Below, in pieces: positions 23,810 through 36,212 of a DNA stretch of 64,000 bases (the stretch's first letter is position 1; each line of letters opens with the position of its first letter). Origin of the DNA: Torpedo marmorata. Taxonomy: Eukaryota. Location: contig OZ360241.1 of assembly GCA_977017645.1 (NCBI GenBank), forward strand, positions 60,574,001 through 60,638,000, in the 5' to 3' direction. A model generated the notes under the pieces. The model was not told where the DNA came from. It ran no database searches and was given only the letters and a program-made list of their open reading frames with translations. Position numbers and translations under genes: made by a program.

Positions 23810-25690
23810 ACCAGTTCCTGCAACATTCTCGTGAATCTTTTCTGCCCTCATTCCAGATTAATGACATCTTTCATATGTCCAGGTGACCAGAGCTGCACAC
23901 AATACGCCAAGTGTGATCTCACCAATGTCTTGTTTAGTTGTAACATGGTGAATCTGCTCCTGTACTCAAAGCCCTGACTAATGAAGGTAGGTGTGCCAAA
24001 CAACTTTTTCACCACCCTGTCTACCGGAATCAGAATCAGAATTTATTGTCATGAACAAGTCATGAAATTTGGTGTTTTGCGGCAGCATCTTAGTGCAAGC
24101 ATTCATATTATAACCATCTTACAACATTACTATAAAAATATATAAATAATAGTGCACGAAAAGTAAGACAGCGTCTTTGGTTCACTGATTATTCAGGAAT
24201 CTGATGGCAGTGGGGAAGAAGCTGTCCTCGTGCCACTGAGTGCTCGTCTTTAGGCTCCTGTACCTTTTTCCCAATGGTAGCAGAGTGAAGAGGACATGGC
24301 CTGGGTGGTGGGGGTCTTTGAGGACAGAGGCTGCTTTTCTTAAGACACCGCCTCATGTAGATGTCCTCGATGGAGTGAAGTCTGGTGCCTGTGATGTCAC
24401 AAGCCGAGTTAACAACCCTCTGGAGTTTATTCTTGTCCTGAGAGTTGGCGCCTCCATACCAGGCAGTGATGCAACGAGCCAGAATGCTCTCCACGGTACA
24501 CCTGTAGACGTTTACGAGAGTCTTCGGTGACATACCAAATCTCCTCAGACACCTCACAAAGTATAGCCGCTGGCGAGCCTTCTTTGTGATTGCATCAATG
24601 TGAAGGCTCCAGGACAGATCCTCGGAGATGTTGACACCCAGGAATTTGAAGTTCTTGACCCTCTCCACTACTGAGCCCTCGATGAGGACTGGATCGTGTT
24701 CCCCTGACTTCCTCCCGAAGTCCACAATCATCTCCTTGGTTTTGCTGACATTGAGCACAAGGTTGTTGTCGTCACACTATTCAACGAGCTGATCTATCTC
24801 CCTCCTGTACGCTTCCTCATTGCCGTTTGTGATTCTGCCGACAACTGGTGTCATCGGCAAACTTGTAGATGGCATTGGAATTGTGCCTGGCCACACAGTC
24901 ATGGGTGTATAACGAGTAGAGCAGTGGACTAAGCACGCATCCTTGGGGTGCGCCTGTGTTGATAATCAGTGAGGAGGAGACGTTGTTTCCAATTTGTACT
25001 GACTGGTCTTCCGATGAGAAAGTCAAGGATCCAGTTGCAGAGTGGGGTACAGAGGCCTACACTTTCATGGAACCATGTACTTGCACCCCCAAGTGTCTTT
25101 GTTCTACAACATTTCCCAGGGCCCTACCATTCACCAAACAAGTACTACTCTGGTTTAACCTTCTAAATCTGTAGATAACCTTGGTCACTGTCCACTGTAC
25201 ATTTTGGTGTCATCCACAAATTTGCTATCTGTGCTAACTACATTGTGATTCAAGTAATATAGGTGACAAACAGCAGCACTGATCCCTGTAGCACACCACT
25301 GGTCATAGGCCTCCAATCCTAATAACAACTCTCCACTGCCAAGCCAATTTGGTGTCTAATTGGCAAGCTCACACCAGATCCCATGCAATTGGACCTTTTG
25401 AACAAACCTACTATGAGGGGCCTTATCAAAGGCATTGCCAAGGTCCACATGGACAATATCTACCTCCCTGCCTTCAATTTTCTTGATCATCTCTTAGAAA
25501 AACTCAATCATGTTTATGAGGCATGATTTCCCATGCACAAAGTCATGCTGGTCATTCCTCTTCAGTCCTTGCCTTTCCAAATGCAAGTACATCCCCTCCA
25601 GTAATTTATCCACAACTGATCACGCTCCCTGGCTTATCTTTGCAGTCTTTATCAAATAAAGGGACAACTTTAGCAATATGGGGAGAAGGT
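23810..25690 (-). mobile_element. Decayed CR1 LINE interrupted by a Rex1 insertion
   Basis: CR1 RT text on minus (gaccagagctgcacacaatacgccaagtgtg; ccttatcaaaggc..gccaaggtccacat; KVVPLFDKDCKDKPG) on both sides of 24027-25057. Confidence 0.75.
24027..25057 (-). mobile_element. Rex1/Babar-type LINE, 5'-truncated; near-identical subfamily to 15752-16851
   Basis: Frameshifted RT ORFs 24189-24758 and 24817-25026; (TTCTGA)n tail. Confidence 0.93.
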
Positions 25691-26784
25691 GGAGTGCAGG
25701 ATATGGCAGAAGACCGATCAGTGTGTTTTGGGATATGGAAAGGAGGTGGATCAATGCCTTGGACAATGTGGGGGAACAGTCGGAAGGTGGGATTGGAAAT
25801 ATCAATGAGGCATTCTGTGCTGTTAGAAATTACCCCTTCAGATGCTTGCTGTAACACTTAATGGATATAAAGCAGTGCAGTCATTATCATGCTGCTGAAT
25901 ATTTAATTATGCATATTGAATCGAAGTTCAAAATAGAACAAATCTTCAAGATAATTGACCTCCTCAGTTCTAGTCCCTTGGCCATGTTTGAAATAAAAAA
26001 AATGTAAATACAGAATGTGAATCTCGACAATAGACGGAATTCGCCGTTCTGTAGCCAGAAGACAGATCGCGGCAGGGATCAGGGGCACAGTATTAATCGT
26101 GAGTTTCTGGTAGCAAGAATGATATTGATGATTTTGGCCTCTCGATTGGGAATTAACGGCGATCGATCTGGAAAAAAATGCACGGATTCCTTAGCCTGAT
26201 GTTGCTTGGAGCAGTTCTCTCCTGTAATAAACACACATGTGCTGGATAGCAGGGCGCGTATCTAAACTGTACAGAAGAAAGCGCTTCACCTACAAACCCC
26301 CGCATCAGCACAAAAGCCGTTCTCAAACGCGTAAAGCACCGAATATTCTGCAGGCAAAGGCAAGCATGCGATGGGGCGGACGGTGCGGCGTTATAGAGGG
26401 CTATTGTCCTCCTTCTTCGCTCGCTCATTCAGTGAGATTGCTCTCCGCATACACAATAACAGAAGCTGGCTGAACTTAAATAGGGACGCGAAAAGACCCG
26501 TGCTGCAGAACAGAATGTGCGAAGATTAACACTGATTTTCACTCCCTGATTAATGAGGACCAGGGGGGATTTATCAGCGGCGACATTTCATGATAAGGCA
26601 CCCACCGTCACTCACCCCCACCCCTTCCTTTCCTCCCTGTGTATTCTGGGACTGGGTACCGCTGCAGCATCAGAGGGGATCAGACAGAGCGCATGGGATG
26701 GAGCAAGTGCTTGCCTCAGCTCGCAGTCCCGATACGTGGACATTGGAAGCATCGTACCTCTCGCATTCCCCGTAAACGCACCCA

Positions 26785-27190
26785 GATACACACACACGCG
26801 GAGGGTGGGGAGTGAGAGAGACAGAGAGAGAGAGACACACAGATACAGAGAGGCGCATAGGCAAACATGAAGAGAGGCGCACATACTCAGAGAGACAGAC
26901 ATACACTAACTGACAGAAAGCGTGATAGATACCCTCACATAGACGCACCCAAACCCCTACACACACTCAGGCACGCTCACTCACACACTCACAGAGAGAC
27001 AGAGGCGTAAAGACAAATAGAGAGAGAGAGGCATGCACATACAGTAACAGATCGGCAGGGAGACATACACTGAAATTGACAGAGCGCGACACAGATACTC
27101 ACACGGACGCATTCACGCCCCCTAACACACCTTGGTACACACTCACAGACACAAACGCACAAACTCTCTCTCTCTCACACACACACACCA
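26785..27190. repeat. (CA)/(GA)-rich compound simple repeat at start of intron 1
   Basis: Alternating CACA and GAGA tracts; a CT/GT-rich tract follows at 27440-27760. Confidence 0.8.
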
Positions 27191-27776
27191 ACTGCAGCAA
27201 TGCGATATATCACCGCTGCCTCTCTTTCCAGCGGGATGAATTTAGAGCCTTACATTCTTCACAGAGAACAGTCCCACGACAGGCTCCAGTTGATTAACCT
27301 AGCTCGGGGGGAGGACCTGCTGCTCCTAGGCTTTGATTCCGCGGACTCTGCGGAACGGCCGGGCCCCGGCATCGGAGGTCCCGGGATGAACATTCACAGA
27401 GATGGTTGGTTAGCAAGAAGACGGGACGGTCCTCAGAAGTGTGTGTGTGTGTGTGTTCCTATCTCCTCTTCCCTCACACTCACCCATGTGTCCCCCACTT
27501 CTCTCCCCTCACCTGTGTGCGCGCCCCCCTCTCTCTCTCACCACACATTTCTGCATCCATTGCTGGTTTTACCTCCGCTTCTATCTATTTCTCTTATTTT
27601 TTTTATCTGTGACCCATTTTCCTCAAATCATTTCTTTCTCTGTGCGTGGGTATCTTTCCCTGCTTTTCTATTGGTCTGTGTGACCCTTTCTTTCTCTATA
27701 TGTCACTGACTACCTCTCGCCCTCCTCTCTCTTTCCCTCTCCCTGCGTGTGTGTACCTGTCTGCGAGGCTCCTTAC

Positions 27777-27923
27777 CTGGTATTCTCCGGACTGGTTCTG
27801 GTTGCCGTGCCAGCAGTGTCTGTGCAGCCCCTGGTTCCTGTGCTGACAGTTGCAGTGGTGCTGAGGCTGCACTCCGCTTCCCCGGGCCGGCCCCGCTGCG
27901 CCCAGATCCCCCGCACGCTCCAT
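27777..27923 (-). CDS. KCNN1: Predicted first coding exon of KCNN1 long isoform (49 aa: MERAGDLGAAGPARGSGVQPQHHCNCQHRNQGLHRHCWHGNQNQSGEYQ)
   Basis: ATG at 27923-27921 in strong Kozak context (gaGtcATGG). Ends CAG|GTAAGG (GT at 27776-27775) in phase 0, matching the phase-0 acceptor at 3349. Lies in a CpG-rich island directly downstream of CCAAT/GC boxes. Confidence 0.72.
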
Positions 27924-28120
27924 GACTCCACCGGCTGCGCACTGCAGCGCGCCCGGGACCTGCGCCACACTCGGGCTCCCACAGCCCAGGCTGCCGGTCT
28001 CATTGGCCGCCCGCACCAAAACAACTCGCATGACGTTACCTTTAAGCAACCCCCCCCCCCCCCCCTTACCCACTCCAAATATTAAAGGGGCCACTTGCTG
28101 ACTAGCGCTCAATCAGACAG
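27924..28120 (-). promoter_or_regulatory. Putative KCNN1 promoter/5'UTR (CpG-rich, no TATA seen)
   Basis: On the minus strand GGGCGG (28012-28007) is immediately followed by CCAAT (28006-28002). CRE-like TGACGTTA at 28031-28038; G16 run at 28065-28050; high CpG density relative to the rest of the window. Confidence 0.65.
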
Positions 28121-28971
28121 CCCTAATCTTAACCAGGAAAGCAATATCATTTTAACCCGCAATCCAATTATGTCATGGCCTCACAACTCTGGGTTCACCA
28201 AGGTGACACCTCAAAATTAGCATCAATTTGCAAAGCCTCAGACGAGACCGGCCTGTTCTGGAGAAACTGAGTTGACTGAAACCCGGAAAACACCTACATC
28301 ACCTAGGAGTGAAGTCCGCTCATCTCCAGCGGCCGCATCCTATATCCTGGTCTAGGATAGGGCAATGAGCGGGTGTCGAGAAACTGGAGGAGACGGGAGC
28401 CGCTCTGTGCCAGCAATGGAATCAGTTCAACCACCTTAAAACAGAGATGTAGCATTGATTCCAAGTTGAGAGGTTTTATTCCAATTGAAGGGATTACTCC
28501 CTAGAACACTGCAATCGAGCGGGTTGTTTTAGAGAGCAATCCTCTCAGAGAAGGCAGGCAGCGAAGATGAGTTCATCATTGCCGGCAGTAACCAACGCCG
28601 TCTTCAGCCCACTGAGGAAAATGGTGCTTCAACAGCAAGACCTCAAAGCTGGACAGAACTCATGGTCAGCGGTGATCCCCGCCCTCCTGGGTACTTCTGA
28701 TGGTTGGACTATACTGCAAGGCAATGTAGAAATAACGCCAACCCACTAACATGGGGAAATCCCCAGCCCTTGGTTGTGAGCAAAGCAGGATCATCCAGGG
28801 CGGTGTTGACAATCTGGAGCCCATGTGTCCGGAGCACAAAGAAACCCAGGGTACCCATCCTGTCATCCCTTCAATCATCTTCTGCCCCATTTATGGCACA
28901 ATGTACTGTTGCCACACTGATCCAATCACAATTCCCAGAATCCACAGAAGAAGAGTGGACATTGAGTACAG

Positions 28972-29076
28972 ATTTTTGGCACTAATGTACCAATAAGTGG
29001 TAATTCTGCCTCGCCCGCAGGAGAAAGAATCTCAGGGTTGCATGTATGTACTCTGACAATAAATCTGAAATCTGAA
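28972..29076 (+). mobile_element. Tail-only copy of a Rex1-type LINE
   Basis: Nearly identical to 54620-54730: AATTCTGC..CGCCCGCAGGA.AAAGAATCTCAGGGTTG...CTCTGACAATAAATCTGAAATCTGAA. Confidence 0.85.
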
Positions 29077-29479
29077 GCAGTTTTTTCTTGAGTCTGAGGG
29101 ACTACCTAAAAATTCAATTCTCATTTTCACACCCGCCTCTGGCACTTTTGATGCCTCATTCTTTTCTCAAAGCCCTGAGATTCAGGCAGTTACATCCCTT
29201 GCTGTACCACTTGCAATATAAAATACTCAACTCTCCCCCTTTTTACCAAACATGCATGTCATGTGGCCACTAACTGCCTTATTAGAAACAGTTTCTCCTT
29301 GTGTATCTACTAAATGTTTCCCTGATTTTGAATGTTTTCATTAAATCTCCCTTAACTGCTATTCCAACAACAACTTGTAGTTCTCTGGCACCTTTAACAG
29401 AATAACATATCCCAATACTCTGTTATCAGAGTAAAAAAAACCATGACTTTAGAGCAAATGTTTGGGGAAACATATTTTA

Positions 29480-30450
29480 AAGTGCATGCCAAAGTAAAAG
29501 AGGGAGGCAGTAAGAGATAGATTTTTAGGGAGGGAATTCCAGAGCTTAAGACTTTGGTAACTGAAGCCTCAGAGCCATCAGCGGGGAAGAGATTACACTG
29601 GGTCTGTGCAAGATGCCAGAAAAAGGGAGCACATGGTTCTTGAAGGATTGCAGACTGAGCTAGGTTACAGATATTGAGAAGAATGGGACCATAGAGGGCT
29701 TTGAAAAGAAGGTTGAGAACATTAAAATCAAAGCAATCCGGGATTATGTGCCAAATCGGTCAGTAAACAGTGAAGTAATGCTTGATGGTATGAGTTAAGT
29801 GATAGACTGCAGGATCTGATGGCTCAACTTTATATAGAAAGGGAACCAGCTTGCTGTCTTTCCACTGGAATTTGGAGACCATTGGAATAGCTATGTCCAG
29901 AAATAACAAAGGCATGGATGAGGATTACAACTTAAGATCAAGGTGGCATCCACGGACGCTCTGACGATGAAAGTAGGCAGACTTGGTGCGGATTTGGGGT
30001 TGGCTGGTTGGAAGTTCTTCTCAGGATGAAATATAGCATTAAGATTGCAAGTTCAGATAGTTGGGAGGGGAGGAATGTAGTCAATGGCTAGGGAATAGTT
30101 TTTGGCAATAACTTCTTTGAAATATGCAGCTGGATGAAACTTCTGCTCATCTAGTCTTGGATGTTGGACAACGTAGCAAATAGGTAAGTGAGCTTTGAAG
30201 AGAGGTGTTATAGGTGAGAATTATCAGCACATCAAAAGTTGATTTGGGATCAGAGAAACGAGGGGACAGGATCCCTGCGGAACACTGGAAAGAAAGGCGG
30301 AAAACAGAAGAGAAACCAGCTGCAAGTGATTGTCTGACTACCATTGGATGGAGGAGAATGGAAGCATGTGTGTGTTGATCCAGTCAACAATGAAGGAGGG
30401 AATGGTGCTCGAGGAGGATGCAGAGAACAGTCTCTGCTTTGAGAGCAGAG
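29480..30450 (-). mobile_element. Ancient L2-like LINE relic
   Basis: GGGAGGGAATTCCAGAGCTTAAG motif shared with ~15135, ~53840 and (inverted) ~57560; heavily decayed; family tentative. Confidence 0.5.
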
Positions 30451-30526
30451 GAGGCAAAGACAGGAAAAAGGAAACAAGTAAGTTTGGCATCACTTAATTA
30501 TACTTACTTCAGTGCAATAAGTCTGG

Positions 30527-31552
30527 GAAACCTGGGCCTCTGCACCCCACTCTGCAACTGGATCCTTGCCTTCCTCATCGGAAGACCACAGTCAGTACGA
30601 ATCCGATACAACTTCTCCTCCTCACTGACGATTGACACAGGTGCATCTCAAGGATGTGTGCCTAGCCCACTGCTCTACTCACTCTACACCCATGACTCCG
30701 TGGCTAGGCACAATTCAAATGCCGTCTACAAATTTGCTGATGACACCGTGGTCATCGGCAGAATCACAGACAGCAATGTGGTACACGAGGGAGATAGATC
30801 AGCTAGTTGAGAGGTGTCACAACAACAACCTTGCACTTAACGTTAGCAAAACCAAGGAGATGATTGTAGACTTCAGGAAAGGGAAATCAGGAGATCACGA
30901 ACCAGTCCTCATCAAGGGATCAGCAGTGGAAAGGGTTAAGAGCTTCAAGTTACTGGGGTGTCAACATCTCTGAGGATCTGTCCTGCGGCCTCCAGGTTGA
31001 TGCAATCATGAAGAAGGCTCACCAGCAGCTATACTTCGTGAGAAGTTTGAGGAGATTTGGTACATCACCAAAGACTCTTGCAAATTTTTACCAGTGTACC
31101 GTGGAGAGCATTCTAACTGCTTGCATCACTGTCTGGTATGGAGGTGCCAATGCTCAGGACAAGAAAAAACTACAGAGAGTTGTGAACTCGACCAGCCCCA
31201 TCATGGACACCAGCCTCCACTCCATCAAGGACATCTACAAGAAAGGACTTAAGAAAGCAGCCTCTATCCTCAAGGACCCTCACCACCCAGGCCATATCCT
31301 CTTCACACTGCTACCATCAGGAAAAAGGTACAGGAACCTAAAGATGAACACCCAGCCGTACAAAAACAGCTTCTTCCCCTCTGCCATCAGATTTCTGAAC
31401 GAAAAATGAACCACAGACACTACCTCACATTCTGTTATTTTTGCACTAATTTATTTATTTTGAAAGTAATTTTATAGCAATATTTGCACTGTGATGCTGC
31501 CGCAAAACAACAAATTTTGTGAAGTATTCATGACAATAAATTCTGATTCTGA
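30527..31552 (+). mobile_element. Rex1/Babar-type LINE, 5'-truncated
   Basis: Frameshifted RT ([42 protein letters not shown]); tail TGACAATAAATTCTGATTCTGA. Confidence 0.92.
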
Positions 31553-32199
31553 AATGAAGGCAATGAAGTGAGGACATATTCATTATATGACATGGTGAGC
31601 TTTACTGAAGCATGGTTGAATAGTTTCCCTACATTGCTGATAACATATGATTTGAGGGAATAAGGGTGTTTAAAAATATTGGCTCTGAAGAGGGTTGATA
31701 TTACACAAGTAGCTCAGAAACTAGCCATATCCCCCAACTAATTCAGACCATCATTTATGTTCTCCTCTTGTCTTTCCTCATCTAAATAAATCACCTTAAA
31801 CCTTTGAATTGCTCTCCCTCATGGTTGTTCAGTCTCCCCTTAAATTTACCTATAGTATGACTCCCTGTGATGGCGAGTTCCACACTCCCACTATATTTTT
31901 GTGCAGAGAGGTTTCTTCTGAATCCCCTATTGGATTCCATGTTGGCTCTTATTTCAATGGTCTCTTCTCCATACGTGAAAACATTCTCCCTTCATCCACT
32001 CGTTCAAAACCCTTCAACATTTTAAAGACCTCCATTAGCTCAACCCTTAGACTTTGATTCCTGTCATTCCATTTGGCCACTGATTTGGATGTTTACTTCC
32101 ACTTCAGCACCTCTTTCCCAGGGAGAGGGACACAGCCTGAATTACACCAATGGGAGACCGTGTGGTGTACCTCTCCAAAAAAGTCTCAAATTATTTTGG

Positions 32200-32370
32200 A
32201 GACAAATGAGAGACTGCAAATGCTGGAATCTGGAGCGATACACAATCTGCTGGAAGAATTCGACAGGACAGTTCTTATGAAGGGTTCCGGCTCGAAACTT
32301 TGAAAATTCTTATTCTCCTGCTGATGTTCCTCAATCCACTGAGTTCCTCCATTAGGTTGTGTGTTGCTCA
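32200..32370. mobile_element. Inverted Penelope-derived terminal element
   Basis: GAGACTGCAAATGCTGGAATCTGG...CTGCTGGAAGAATTC / TGAAGGGTTCCGGCTCGAAAC...CTGAGTTCCTCCA. Confidence 0.65.
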
Positions 32371-32493
32371 AAATTTATTTTGTTTTCTTATTATGGGATG
32401 TTGACATCACCGGGAATCTCAAGTTTAATTGCCCATTCATATTTGCCTCCTAAAGTGTGTGGATTGCTTGACCACTTCAAAGAGCAAAGAAAG

Positions 32494-32878
32494 TTAATGA
32501 GGGGAGATTTGATAGAGGTTTACAAAATTATATGGGGAATAGACAGAGTAAATGCGAGTAGGCTCTTTCCACTTAGATTGGGAGAGATAAATACGAGAGG
32601 ACATGGCTTTAGGGTGAAAGGAGAAAGGTTTAGGGGGAATATTAGGGGGAACTTCTTCACTCAGAGAGTGGTGGGAGTGTGGAACAAGCTGCCATCTGAC
32701 GTGGTAAATGCGGGCTCACTCTTAAGTTTTAAGAATAAATTGGATAGATACATGGATGGGAGTGGTCTGGAGGGTTAAGGAATGGGTGCAGGTCAGTGGG
32801 AGTAGAGGAATTATGTTTCAGCACAGACTAGAAGGGTCGAATGGCCTGTTTTCTGTGCTGTAATTTTCTATGTTTCTA
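32494..32878 (+). mobile_element. CR1 LINE 3' end
   Basis: MRGDLIEVYKIIWGIDRVNASRLFP...TRGHGFRVKGERFRGNIRGNFFTQRVVGVWNKLP, the CR1 ORF2 C-terminus, plus tail. Confidence 0.92.
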
Positions 32879-33051
32879 AAGTGAGCCTGGTGTCAAGTAA
32901 AGGCCAGGCCCCATAAGGATGGCAGGTTTCTTTCCTGAAAGACAATACTATAATTGTTGAATTTGTAACAACAATCCAGTATTTTCATGGTCACCATAAC
33001 CAGCATTGGTTTTTTGGATCCCAAATGTATTTAATTACCTGAATCCGAATT

Positions 33052-34650
33052 CCTTTCTTTTTATAATATTTTTATTGAATTTCAACAAATAAACATGTAT
33101 ACAGAGTAACAAATTCAGAACAACATTTGAAAATTCACCTGGTATTTATACATGTATATATAGAAAAAAAACCCAAATAAGTCGTCTTTCCCAAATTCTA
33201 AATATAAGTTAAAACTCTTATTACGTGTAATTATTCTAAAAAAATCCAAAATAAAATAAAAAGAAAAAAAACAAGAAAAAAAAAAGCAAAAACACTAAAA
33301 ACTATTCTAATCTAACCCCTCCCTCTAAACAAGGTTACCTTTGTATTGGAAAAAAAAGGGAACAAATATGGATCCTGTAGCGACCTCCAGGCATCGGACA
33401 AAGACTCCTCGGGATAATCAGCTTTATTAATTCTTCCAATCATGATACTATTCTATGAATGGCCCCCATATCTTTAAAAATTGAAACTTTCTATCTTTGA
33501 TATTATATCTAATTTTCTCCAAACTCAGATAGGACATTACATCCTGTAGCCACTGTCCATGTGTCGGTGGTGACTCATCTTTCCATTTCAATAAAATTAC
33601 TCGTCTGGCTATCAGTGTGTAAAAGGCTAAAACTTTTTCCTGAGATGCAGACAACGGTATATTTGGCTCACGTGAAAATCCAAACAGAGCAATTAAAGGA
33701 CATGGTTCTATATTAATCTTAAAAATCAATGTTAAAGTTTTAAAAATATCCTTCCAAAATCTCTCCAAATTGGGGCATTCCCAGAACATATGTATCAGTG
33801 AAGCTTCAAAAATTTTACTCCTCTCACACAATGGATCAATGTCGGTGTAAAAACGTGATAGTTTAAGTTTAGACATATGATTTCTATGTACCACCTTAAA
33901 TTGTAATAAACAGTGTCTTGCACAGAATGATGAGGCATTAATTAGATTAAGAGTATGATACCAATCTTCATCTGAAAATGTAACATTCAAATCACGTTCC
34001 CATTCATTCTTGATCCCCATCATGGAAGCTACTCTGATTTCCAATAAATCATTATATATACATGATGTTAATTCACGTTGGAAAAAGAACCGTATATTAA
34101 AAAGTGAATCGAGAAAATTAGAACATGGAATTCGATGAAAATCTGAAAGCTTAGACTGAACAAAATGTCTAATTTGTAAATATCTAAAAAAATGTCTATT
34201 ATTAAGATTAAATTTATTGACCAATTGTTCAAAAGTGGCAAAACTATCTTAAATAAAAAGATCATTAAAACTATGAATTCCCAATCTATACCATTCCCTA
34301 AATCCTACATCCATCACAGACGGCTGGAAAAGGTGATTATCTATAATAGGACTAGCCAGAGAAAAACTATTATATCCAAAATAAATTCTAGACTGTGCCC
34401 ATATTCTCAACCTACATCTCATTAACGGGTTATGAGTTCATTTAGAAAATGAAAATGGTAAAAAGGAACCTAAAATTGCCAACATAGATGTTTTTTTCAA
34501 AAACTTCAATTCCATTTCCACCCAAGAGGGGCGATTCTCTAGCTTATCAAAATGCAATAACAAAAGTAGATTTTGAATATTAATCGCCCAATAATGAAAT
34601 CTAAAGTCTGGAAGTGATAACCCTCCATTCCTAGCTGCTCTCATAGGATT
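33052..34650 (-). mobile_element. L1-clade LINE, 5'-truncated (ORF2 C-terminus, Cys-knuckle, 3'UTR)
   Basis: GGLSLPDFRFHYWA; QFKVVHR...PLCER...SLIHMFWECP; AATAAA and an A-rich end on minus at ~33052-33076. Confidence 0.9.
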
Positions 34651-35317
34651 TGAATTCATGCATTCAGGTCACTCGACCGGGCCTCTGGTTTGTAGTCCAG
34701 TATCCTAGGACATTGTGGGAAGTTAGGAAAGAAATTGCTGGAGCCCTGATGGGGATATTTGCATCATCATTAGCCACACATGAGGTACCAGAAGACTGGA
34801 GGCTGGCAAATGTTGTGCCTTTACTTAAGAAAGGCTGCAAGAACAAGCCAGGGAACTACGGGCCAGAGAGCCTAACATCAGTTGTGGGTAAGTTACTGGA
34901 GGGAATTCCAAGAGATAGGACTGATTAGGAAGAACCAGCAATGGCTTTGTGTGTGGGAAATCGTGTCTCATTAATTTGATTGATAGTTTTGAAGAAGTGA
35001 CCAAGAAGATTGATGAGTACAGGAGGGTAGACGTCTACATGGAGTTTAGCAAGGGCTTTGACAAGGTTTCGCAAGGTAGGCTACTTTGATAGGTCAGTTC
35101 ACATGGGATCCAGGAGTGAGTTGGTCAGGGCACTGAGTACTGGAGCTGGGATGCCAAAATATCAGCTAGCTCACACTTAGAGTGCTGTGCATAGTTCTGG
35201 TCACCCAGCTAAAAGAAAGATGTGATTAAGCTGGAAAGGGTGCAGAAAAGATTCATAGGAATGTTACCAGGATAGGCAGGCTGTGTTATATAGAGAGGCT
35301 GGATATTCTGGGTCTTT

Positions 35318-35564
35318 TTTTACAGCACCAATAGCCTGAATACGACTGGGATTGTCTGATCTCGGAAGCTAAGCAGGCACAAGACTGGTCAGTACTTGGA
35401 GGGGAGACCGCCAAGGAACACCAGGTGCTGTAGGTTTCTGTGAGGGGCGCTGGTCAAAGTAGCAACTCTCTGTCTGCCTTACGGTAGACAAAAATTAAAG
35501 AATTTCATATATGTTACATTCTAAAATGTAGTATTACGTGACAATAATGGAACCTTTACCTTTT
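35318..35564 (+). mobile_element. 5S rRNA-derived SINE (SINE3-type) with LINE-like tail
   Basis: 35318-35437 is colinear with vertebrate 5S rRNA (GTCTGATCTCGGAAGCTAAGCAGG; AGTACTTGGA.GGGAGACCGCC..GGAA.ACC.GGTGCTGTAGG.TT), followed by a tail TCTGTCTGCCTTACGGTAGAC...GTGACAATAAT..(ACCTTT)2. Confidence 0.82.
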
Positions 35565-35648
35565 CTTCCTAGAGAGCAGGAAGCTAAGGGGGTGGGAGGA
35601 TCTTATAGAGGTTTCTTATATAATGAGGGGCATAGCTAAGGTAGATAG

Positions 35649-36212
35649 TCATAGTCACGAAGAAGGCTCGCCAGTGGCTATACTTCATGAGGAGTTTGAG
35701 GAGATTTGGTCTGTCACCAAAGACTCTTGCAAATTTCTGCAGGTGTACTGTGGAGAGTATTCCGACAGGTTGCATCACTGTCTGGTATGACAGACGTGCC
35801 AATGCACAGGACAGGAAAAGACTACAGAGTGTTGTTAACTCGGCCAGCACCATCACGGGCACCAGTCTTCACTCCATTGAGGACATCTACAAGAGGCAGT
35901 GTTTCAAGAGAGCAGCCACTAACCTCAAGGACCCTCACCACCCAGGCCATGCCCTCTTCTCACTGCTACCATCGGGAAGGAGGTACAGGAGCCTGAAGAC
36001 GAACACCCAGCGGTACAAAAACAGTTTCTTCCCCTCTGCCATCAGATTTCTGAATTGACAATGAACCACAGAGACTACCTCACTTTCTCTTTTTTTTGCA
36101 CTAATTCATTTATTTTTAAAAATGGTAATTTATAGCAATATTTGCACCTGTAATGCTGCCACAAAACAATGAATTTCGTGACATGTTCATGGCAATAAAT
36201 TCTGATTCTGAT
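35649..36212 (+). mobile_element. Rex1/Babar-type LINE 3' fragment nested in CR1
   Basis: ORF 35687-36058 SLRRFGLSPKTLANF...SFFPSAIRFLN; (TTCTGA)n tail. Confidence 0.92.

Noticed and set aside
27924-28112. Longer exon 1 CDS from the in-frame ATG at 28031 or the tracked start at 28112
   Set aside because: These starts lie upstream of the CCAAT/GC boxes, so probably upstream of the TSS; ATG 27923 has the better Kozak context.
35318-35437. Functional 5S rRNA gene
   Set aside because: Many substitutions in the 5' third, no T4+ terminator at the 5S end, solitary, fused to a retroposon tail and inserted in a CR1.
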